NCBI GenBank assembly: GCA_964350985.1
Contig: CAYGLK010000001.1
Coordinates: 457,973-521,972 of the forward strand
Reading direction: 5' to 3'
Length of the DNA stretch: 64,000 nt
Origin: an uncultured Candidatus Saccharibacteria bacterium
GTDB lineage: Bacteria > Patescibacteriota > Minisyncoccia > Phycocordibacterales > UBA918
Below the pieces are notes generated by a model, which was not told the DNA's origin, searched no databases, and saw only the letters and a program-made list of their open reading frames with translations. The translations under genes were made by a program, and so were the position numbers. Below, in pieces: positions 57,617-64,000 of the stretch (its first letter is position 1; the number at the start of each line of letters is the position of its first letter).

Positions 57617-58615
57617 TTAACAATTCAACGCTTTGCGCCAACCCGCTTCTAGCGCTTCTTGTTCAGAGCAAAACCACCGCTCCCCAGCCTCCTCGTTAAT
57701 TCTAGTCTGGTTATAAGATTGGCAACCAGGCACATGATAGATTTTAACTTCATCAGAATTGATATTTCCTTTGACTACACACTGTGAACCAGAGCTAGAT
57801 TGAACCACCGGTACTACAGGAGACACGACTGGAGCTACTTCACTAACACTCTCATTCTCACAACCTTCTCCCCAAAGCCCTGTTCCTAATTTTCTAGCTT
57901 CTTGTTCTGCACTCAGAAAGACATCATTATAAGCAACATCTGGAGGATAAGTAGAGACATTAGCATAACCTTCTTTTACTAGAGTTAAATTTACGAAAAT
58001 ATCATCGACATACACATATCGAAGCAATCTCCCGTACTTATCTGTCTCGCTCACATCTTTTACTAATCTGACCTGTTTCCCTGCAACCAACTCTTTATTT
58101 TTGCTTGAAGCTTCTGCACCAAAACATTCCACTGGCTTACTTGGATGAACTGTTTCTGGTGTATTAACACCAATATAACGAACCCGTTTATTTTCTCCGT
58201 CAATTAAAACATCAATTGTATCGCCATCAACTACTCTCGTGACAAGGTAAGTTTCTGCTTCATTCTGAGAATCTGAGTCTGAAACTTTATTTATTGTCTC
58301 GATACCCTGCTCTGTACTTGAATATTCTTTAAGTAATTCTGAATCACTGACAATATTTTCTTCATCAAAAATTCCTACTTTGGTGTCTGTAATATTTACA
58401 ACCTCTACTGCTGCAGTATTAGCTATTGGCACTTCTGGAGCAGTCATCCCAAAACCAACGACAGACACAAACCAAAGTAAGCCGTAAATTAGTAAATTTT
58501 GCTTCCTGGTTAGAGTGCGCTTATACAGACGTTGGAGGAAATTAGGAAAGATCAGACCTAGAACTAGAAGTGGCCCAGATAAGACAAAGAGAGAAAGAAA
58601 AATATACTCCACCAA
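57617..58615 (-). CDS. Membrane-anchored thermonuclease (SNase-like) with a Cys-rich C-terminal domain
   Basis: 332 aa. VVDGDTIDV...RYIGVNTPE is typical of staphylococcal nuclease homologs. Confidence 0.6.
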   Translation of the reverse strand: MVEYIFLSLFVLSGPLLVLGLIFPNFLQRLYKRTLTRKQNLLIYGLLWFVSVVGFGMTAPEVPIANTAAVEVVNITDTKVGIFDEENIVSDSELLKEYSSTEQGIETINKVSDSDSQNEAETYLVTRVVDGDTIDVLIDGENKRVRYIGVNTPETVHPSKPVECFGAEASSKNKELVAGKQVRLVKDVSETDKYGRLLRYVYVDDIFVNLTLVKEGYANVSTYPPDVAYNDVFLSAEQEARKLGTGLWGEGCENESVSEVAPVVSPVVPVVQSSSGSQCVVKGNINSDEVKIYHVPGCQSYNQTRINEEAGERWFCSEQEALEAGWRKALNC

Positions 58616-58696
58616 AGTATATTACCGTATTCTTGTCATTGGATCACTTTTTTCCGAGTGTTATAATTGAGATATTACTATTGAATATTTAAATAT

Positions 58697-59050
58697 ATGA
58701 CAACACAAGAAATTGCTGATCGTTTAGTAGCTTTAAATCGTGAAAATAATCACGAACTAGCTTACAAAGAACTTTACTCTGAAGATATTTTAAGTATTGA
58801 AAACTGGGACGGAGAAAGAACTGAACATAAAGGGATGGATGCTATTAAGAAAAAAGGTGAAGGCTGGTACGCTAGTGTAGCTGAAATACACGAGACAACC
58901 TGCAGTGAACCGCTAGTAGCCGACAACAGCTTTGCAGTTACTTTTTTCATGGATATTACCTACAAAGACGCTGGCCGACAAAGCATGACAGAACTCGCTG
59001 TCTATACTGTTAAAGACGGAAAGATTGTAGAGGAGGAATTTAAAGGCTAA
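58697..59050 (+). CDS. SnoaL/NTF2-like small protein
   Basis: 117 aa. Pattern and size resemble SnoaL-like domains. Confidence 0.4.
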   Translation: MTTQEIADRLVALNRENNHELAYKELYSEDILSIENWDGERTEHKGMDAIKKKGEGWYASVAEIHETTCSEPLVADNSFAVTFFMDITYKDAGRQSMTELAVYTVKDGKIVEEEFKG

Positions 59051-59098
59051 GGATATAAAACGAAAAACCGCTTGGATTTTATCCAAGCGGTTTTTTGT

Positions 59099-59581
59099 TT
59101 AGTCCTTTTTAAAAGATTTCTTCAACTTCTTCACATCCGCCAAAAGCTGGAGAGCGTGGCTGGCTGGATCGACTTCAGGATAGGCCGCTGCAATCTTCCC
59201 TTCTGGATCAACTACATAAGTAATACGATTAGTACCACGGACCACTTTCCCATACATTTTCTTTTCAACAAACGCTCCGTATTTATCCATCATCTCCATA
59301 GTTGGATCGGAAAGTAAGGTAAACGGAAGATTATATTTTTCGGCAAATTTCTTATGTGATTTTGGTGTGTCTTTACTAACTCCAAAGACAGTTACTCCCT
59401 GTCGTTTAAAATCTTTATAGACATCAGCAATAGCACAAGCCTCTTTCGTACATCCTGGAGTATCGTCCTTTGGATAAAAATAAATGACTATCCAATTACC
59501 TAAAGAAGTTTTTAAAGACTGTGTTTTATTATCTTGATCAAGCAACTTAAATAAGGGTGCCTTCCTACCAATTTTAAACAT
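59099..59581 (-). CDS. bcp: Peroxiredoxin Bcp (thiol peroxidase)
   Basis: 160 aa. FYPKDDTPGCTKEAC motif. Confidence 0.8.
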   Translation of the reverse strand: MFKIGRKAPLFKLLDQDNKTQSLKTSLGNWIVIYFYPKDDTPGCTKEACAIADVYKDFKRQGVTVFGVSKDTPKSHKKFAEKYNLPFTLLSDPTMEMMDKYGAFVEKKMYGKVVRGTNRITYVVDPEGKIAAAYPEVDPASHALQLLADVKKLKKSFKKD

Positions 59582-59757
59582 ACAGGGTTATAGACTGACT
59601 GTTGCCCAATAGTGACCTAAAGCAAATGTAAAAGCTAAAGAGATAAACCAAACCGCCAACTGATTCTTAGATAAATTTTTCATAGACAAAATATAAAATG
59701 ATTAATAACTCTGTTAATTATACTCTTTAGATTGAGTAAGTTCTGGGCTATGAACAC

Positions 59758-61572
59758 CTACTCCACTGTCACACTCTTGGCTAAGTTTCTCGGACGATCG
59801 ACATTTAAGTCTTTAGCGACTCCCACATAGTAAGCGAATAATTGAAGCGGCAAAACAGAGACTATTGGTTGCAGCAAGGGATGAACTTTCGGTATGTAGA
59901 TCACATCATTAGCAACTTCAGCAATATGTAAGTCCCCTTCTGTAGCCAAAGCGATTACTGGCGCTGAGCGAGCTTTTACTTCTTCAATATTAGAAACCAT
60001 TTTTTCATAAACAGCATCTTGAGGTACTAAGGCAAAGATCGGAAAATCTTTATCAAGCATTGCAATAGGACCGTGTTTTAATTCTCCTCCAGCATAAGCT
60101 TCTGCATGAATATAGGTGACTTCTTTAAGTTTAAGTGAACCTTCATAAGCAATAGGCGCATGGAAAGTCCGTCCTATATACATAAAGTCTCTGTAACCAG
60201 AATATTTTTTAGCGATTTTTTGTATTTGTGCTGAATTTCTTAAAACTGCCCTCAGCACATCTGGTAATTCTTTTAATGCTTTAGAAATCTCCAAACCTTC
60301 AGCTTTAGTCATTCCCCTCTCTCGCGCCAAGAATAAAGTAAACAAAGCAAAGGCGGTTAGCTGAGAAATAAAGGCCTTGGTAGAAGCAACAGCTACTTCT
60401 GGACCAGCGTGGCTGTGAATACCAGCATCGACTTCTCTCGAGATTGCTGAACCAACCACATTAACCATGCCGAGAGTTAACATGCCCATTTTTTTGGCTT
60501 TCTCAAGTGAAGCTCTAGTATCTGCCGTTTCCCCAGACTGACTAACAAAAAAGGCGGCCGCTTTTTTATCTGGATAAGTTTTCTTATAGCGATACTCACT
60601 ACCAAGCTCTACCTCAACCGGTAGTCTAGCGTACTCTTCGAGCATATAGCGCCCAACTAAGCCGGCATAGTACGCTGACCCACAACCAATTATATGTAAC
60701 CTTTCAATATTTCTAATGCTAGTTAAAACATTCTCTAAACCACCAAGCTTAGCTGTCCCTTCCTCAGCTGAGATGCGTCCGCGAATAGTGTTCTCTACTA
60801 CTTCAGGAGCTTCAAATATTTCCTTAAGCATAAAGTGTTCATAACCATTTTTTTGAACTGCTTCATGGCTCCATTCTATTTGTTCTGACTTTTTCTTTCG
60901 CTTAGCACCAGCGATGGTAGTTATTTCATAATCATCTTTAGTAACTACTGCCATATCACCATCGTCTAAGTAAACCACTTCTTTAGTATGTACTAGTAAC
61001 GCGGAAGGGTCTGAAGAAATAAAATTTTCATTTTTACCGATACCAAGAACAATCGGACTACCTAAACGTGCTACCACCACCTTTTCTGGCTCACGTTCAC
61101 TCATCACTGCAATACCGTAAGTACCACGAACCGCCTTAAGTGCAGAGCGAGTCGCTTGGAGTAGGTTGCCTCGGTAAAAAGAACCGATTAACTTTATTAA
61201 AACCTCAGTATCAGTATCAGACTCAAAACGAATACCTTGGACCGTTAGTCCTTCTTTTAATTCACGATAATTTTCAATGATTCCGTTGTGGACTAGCCAG
61301 AGAGACTGGCTCATATCATGATGCGGATGAGCATTTTTTTCAGTTGGAGCACCGTGAGTTGCCCAACGAGTGTGTGCAATACCAGCAGTACCTTTAAAAC
61401 TGTCAGTGATTTTACTAGCAAGGTTTTTTATCGGACCAGCAGCTTTTATCGCTCCTTGTCCAGCGATGAAAATACCAGCAGAATCATAACCGCGATATTC
61501 AAGCGTCCTCAATCCTTCAAGTAGAATCGGTGCTGCTTGTTTTTTACCAACGTATCCAAATATTCCACACAT
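59758..61572 (-). CDS. glmS: Glutamine--fructose-6-phosphate aminotransferase
   Basis: 604 aa. MCGIFGY Ntn-amidotransferase start, two SIS domains, C-terminal ..SVTVE. Confidence 0.9.
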   Translation of the reverse strand: MCGIFGYVGKKQAAPILLEGLRTLEYRGYDSAGIFIAGQGAIKAAGPIKNLASKITDSFKGTAGIAHTRWATHGAPTEKNAHPHHDMSQSLWLVHNGIIENYRELKEGLTVQGIRFESDTDTEVLIKLIGSFYRGNLLQATRSALKAVRGTYGIAVMSEREPEKVVVARLGSPIVLGIGKNENFISSDPSALLVHTKEVVYLDDGDMAVVTKDDYEITTIAGAKRKKKSEQIEWSHEAVQKNGYEHFMLKEIFEAPEVVENTIRGRISAEEGTAKLGGLENVLTSIRNIERLHIIGCGSAYYAGLVGRYMLEEYARLPVEVELGSEYRYKKTYPDKKAAAFFVSQSGETADTRASLEKAKKMGMLTLGMVNVVGSAISREVDAGIHSHAGPEVAVASTKAFISQLTAFALFTLFLARERGMTKAEGLEISKALKELPDVLRAVLRNSAQIQKIAKKYSGYRDFMYIGRTFHAPIAYEGSLKLKEVTYIHAEAYAGGELKHGPIAMLDKDFPIFALVPQDAVYEKMVSNIEEVKARSAPVIALATEGDLHIAEVANDVIYIPKVHPLLQPIVSVLPLQLFAYYVGVAKDLNVDRPRNLAKSVTVE

Positions 61573-61695
61573 AAAAAATTATTTTAACTTTCCTTAATAT
61601 TACTCCGTTTTGTAAAGAAAGGTTACCAAGAAGTTAAATGAGTATTTATGAGTAGATTAAAATATGCTATGATCGTGCCACTGATATTAAGTATT

Positions 61696-61768
61696 GTCCG
61701 GTTAGCTCAGCTGGTAGAGCGCTACATTGACATTGTAGAGGTCACAGGTTCAAGTCCTGTATCGGACA
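61696..61768 (+). tRNA. tRNA-Val (anticodon GAC)
   Basis: Acceptor GTCCGGT/ATCGGAC, anticodon stem CTACA/TGTAG, loop TTGACAT, T-arm ACAGG-TTCAAGT-CCTGT. Confidence 0.8.
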
Positions 61769-62040
61769 CATGAGTATACAAAACAACCCTGCCTTTAAAG
61801 GCAGGGTTGTTTTGTATAGGAAGCAAAGAGTTTTGCTTCCGCACTCAAGTGTCAGACGGAGACATGTTTTGGCTATCACTAATGCCAAAACAGTCGAGTC
61901 CGGGGAGGAAGTTCTTATGAACGTAGTGAATTAGAAACTTGACCCCACAAAAAAGTAAGATTTTTATGAGCGAAGCGAAATAAAGTAGCCAATTAGGATA
62001 CTGAATCTGTAAGATTCAAGTCCTGTATCGACGACAAAGT
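61769..62040. repeat. tRNA-flank modular element, Val copy. Components, in order:
- a terminator hairpin (61775-61816);
- a second hairpin;
- the box catgttttggc..gccaaaacagtcgag;
- variant boxes ttatgaacgtagtgaattag and ttttatgagcgaagcgaaataa;
- a 16-nt direct copy of the tRNA-Val 3' end (ttcaagtcctgtatcg, 62017-62032).
   Basis: Read directly from the sequence; modules are shared with the Trp, Cys and Leu flank elements. Confidence 0.6.
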
Positions 62041-62249
62041 TAGTTTAATTCTGCGGGATTAGGTTTGACATCGGCAGAGAAAAGACTATACTCCAAGACA
62101 GCTGCTCGTTTGGGACGCGCAGATGCTTCTTCACTCGACAATTTCGTCCTCCCCTTCGAAAGGTCGTCGACTGCTGAAACCAAAGCGCGTCCCAGCGAGC
62201 AGGCTGGTTCTTTAGAGCTCGCGTTAAGCGGGTTTTTATTTTGTTAAAA

Positions 62250-62277
62250 TTGACAGCGATCAACATTTAAATATAAT
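62250..62277 (+). promoter_or_regulatory. Perfect-consensus sigma-70 promoter TTGACA-16-TATAAT
   Basis: ttgaca gcgatcaacatttaaa tataat. It is followed by a ~390-nt region with no ORF of 60 aa or more on this strand. Confidence 0.6.
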
Positions 62278-62284
62278 AAAATTC

Positions 62285-62665
62285 TGCTGCTGACCGCGAC
62301 CGGCTATAAAGTCGTTGGGTGGCCATGGGTTCTAGTTTCCTTACTGAAGGAGCTAGGGGCGGTGGGCCTTTCTGACTCAGGGCGCGGAAGCAGCAACCCC
62401 TAAACCTCTCTAGCAATACAACGCGAAAGAGGTTTTCTTTTTATATTTGACTTCTTTGGCTTAGTTTGATACATTTCAATTTCGGCAGTGTCAGTGAGAG
62501 TAGGCTGTTAAATATTAGTCCCATCATATGGATTGGAGCCGCAAGCCTGCCACGAGCGGGAAGCATGAAGATCTGTACGAGGACCAGTGCTTGGTCTAAA
62601 TCTGCTGGTACTGCCGAAAAACGCCAGGTTCCCCTTTAGCAATTCATCGCTATTGGGGGCCTTTT
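62285..62665 (+). ncRNA. Candidate non-coding RNA of unknown identity. tmRNA, RNase P and SRP RNA were considered and none confirmed.
   Basis: Strong promoter, no ORF, GC-rich helical segments (for example gctgctgaccgcg pairing with cgcggaagcagc), and a 3' G/C hairpin plus T-run near 62640-62660. Confidence 0.35.
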
Positions 62666-62675
62666 TATGCTATAA

Positions 62676-63836
62676 ATGTCAATAATGATCTTGCTTTCTA
62701 TCGAAACTAGCTGCGACGAGACCGCTATCAGTATCCTTAAGGTTGAAGGTGATTTTCCTAATGCTACATACGAAGTAATAGGCAACTCCCTTTTTTCACA
62801 AATTGATATTCATAAAGAGTACGGCGGAGTCTTTCCTGCCTTAGCCAAGCGTGAACACATCATTACAATCTTGCCTATGATGGAAAAAGCTTTAAAAGAA
62901 GCAGGTTTATCTTTAGAGCAGACGACACTGGACACAGAGAAAACAGAAAAGATTAAAGAACTTCTAAACCGCGAAGGTGATCTTGGAGAAGAGTTATTGG
63001 CATTTCATGAAAAATCTGGTCGGCCACAAATCGATGCCATCGCTGTCACTTGTGGACCAGGACTTGAACCAGCACTATGGGTTGGGGTAAATTTTGCCCG
63101 TGCGTTGTCTTTGCTTTGGGAAACTAAAGTCATTCCGGCTGATCATATGGAAGGACATATCTTAGCTTCTATTTTTGAAAATAATTCATTAAAGCAAGTT
63201 ACTTTTCCGGCCTTAGCTCTTTTAGTATCTGGAGGGCATACTGAATTGGTTCTCATGGAAACCTGGAGTCAATATAAAAAGGTTGGTCAAACTCGCGACG
63301 ACGCAGTTGGTGAAGCTTTTGATAAAGTCGCTCGTCTTCTTGGATTGCCATACCCTGGCGGACCACAAATCGGGAACCTGGCTGCCGAAGCTAGAACAGA
63401 AAACCTACCTCCTTTTGCCAAACTTCCCTTACCAATGCTTCATTCTGGAGATCTGGACTTTTCTTTCTCTGGACTGAAGACTGCAGTTCGTTATGCCATT
63501 GCTGACAAGAGCTTAACTGAAGATGAAAAGAAGGCTTTAGCCAGAGACTTTGAAGAAGCAGCGGTTGGAATACTAGTTAAAAAAAGTGCTGCGGCTATTA
63601 AAGAATTGAGCGTGAACAGCTTAATCTTAGGCGGCGGTGTCTCTGCTAATAGTTTCTTAAGAAAAGAAATAAAAAAGCTAGAAGATAATAGTCTCCAAGT
63701 GTATCTACCAGATGTCTCTCTTTCAACTGACAACAGTATTATGATCGCTCTAGCTGGTCACTCACACTTAAATGAGGCTATGTCTGCCACAGATTTTGCC
63801 ACCAATGTTCGCGCCAACGGCAATCAGTCACTCTAG
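62676..63836 (+). CDS. tsaD: tRNA N6-adenosine threonylcarbamoyltransferase TsaD (Kae1/YgjD family)
   Basis: 386 aa. LSIETSCDETA, HMEGH and GGV.AN motifs. Confidence 0.85.
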   Translation: MSIMILLSIETSCDETAISILKVEGDFPNATYEVIGNSLFSQIDIHKEYGGVFPALAKREHIITILPMMEKALKEAGLSLEQTTLDTEKTEKIKELLNREGDLGEELLAFHEKSGRPQIDAIAVTCGPGLEPALWVGVNFARALSLLWETKVIPADHMEGHILASIFENNSLKQVTFPALALLVSGGHTELVLMETWSQYKKVGQTRDDAVGEAFDKVARLLGLPYPGGPQIGNLAAEARTENLPPFAKLPLPMLHSGDLDFSFSGLKTAVRYAIADKSLTEDEKKALARDFEEAAVGILVKKSAAAIKELSVNSLILGGGVSANSFLRKEIKKLEDNSLQVYLPDVSLSTDNSIMIALAGHSHLNEAMSATDFATNVRANGNQSL

Positions 63837-63897
63837 AGCTAGTCACTTCAAATAAGACCAAAGTAATGTTACTATTCGCTATATAAATAGTCTTTTT

Positions 63898-64000
63898 ATG
63901 AACGAATACGAAAACAAATCCAAAATTCCAGAAATTTTCTTAAAGCCCTACGATCCAGCGGCTCACGAAAAAAATCTCTACACTCTTTGGGAAGAGTCGG
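63898..64000 (+). CDS. valS: Valyl-tRNA synthetase, N-terminal fragment; continues beyond the window
   Basis: MNEYENKSKIPEIFLKPYDPAAHEKNLYTLWEES matches the ValRS N-terminus pattern Y.P...E..LY..WE..G. Confidence 0.5.
   Translation, partial: MNEYENKSKIPEIFLKPYDPAAHEKNLYTLWEES

Noticed and set aside
62285-62665. Assignment of the ORF-less transcript to SRP RNA, RNase P RNA or tmRNA
   Set aside because: GGAAGCAGC resembles the SRP helix-8 3' strand, but the complementary 5' strand and GNRA tetraloop are not adjacent. No RNase P P4 motifs are visible. No tRNA-like T-arm or tag-peptide frame for tmRNA is visible. I left it as an unassigned candidate ncRNA.
1-64000. CRISPR arrays, integrase or recombinase genes, rRNA genes
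   Set aside because: There are no regularly spaced short repeats with unique spacers. No tyrosine or serine recombinase signature appears in any ORF despite the att-like tRNA-end repeats. There are no rRNA-like stretches.

Overview
This 64-kb window is about 40% GC and gene-dense, and looks like a reduced genome of the Patescibacteria/CPR type (possibly Saccharibacteria-like). Three observations point that way: a short Rel protein (HD, synthetase and TGS domains only), a short IF2, and several T4SS-pilin-like paralogs. That placement is an inference from gene content, not a demonstrated result.

Housekeeping genes I can support from the sequence are dus, an ftsQ-like gene, serS, dprA, topA, rel, parB, miaA, clpB, a cysteine desulfurase, infB, rbfA, trhO, gyrA, rpsA, pth, lepB, a divergent hisS-like gene, ybeY, ftsA, ftsZ, trxB, engB, bcp, glmS, tsaD and the start of valS.

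I found nine tRNA genes by inspection: Leu-CAA, Trp, Tyr, Cys, Leu-TAA, Leu-TAG, Lys, Glu and Val. A tenth locus is a duplicated 5' half of tRNA-Leu.

The features most worth a second look are:
- A cyclodipeptide synthase (CDPS) of the XYP subfamily, with an overlapping GNAT-like gene, bracketed by 53-bp direct repeats.
- Two high-GC foreign islands (13.5–14.1 kb and 24.2–26.2 kb). The first sits between tRNA-Tyr and its displaced downstream flank element.
- A HEPN-domain gene pair, an EEP nuclease and a CysQ-like gene in a tRNA-Glu-linked island. The island is subdivided by four copies of a 28-nt box matching the tRNA-Glu 3' end, each followed by a terminator.
- A modular repeat family downstream of almost every tRNA. 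It combines an inverted copy of the tRNA 3' end, stems with compensatory changes, and a conserved box TTTTATGAACGAAGTGAAATAAAAT that contains a five-codon mini-ORF.
- Four tandem VirB2/TrbC-like pilin genes, plus a separate pilin fused to a peptidase-M15-like domain.
- A perfect-consensus sigma-70 promoter feeding a ~390-nt stretch with no ORF.

I found no CRISPR array and no integrase.
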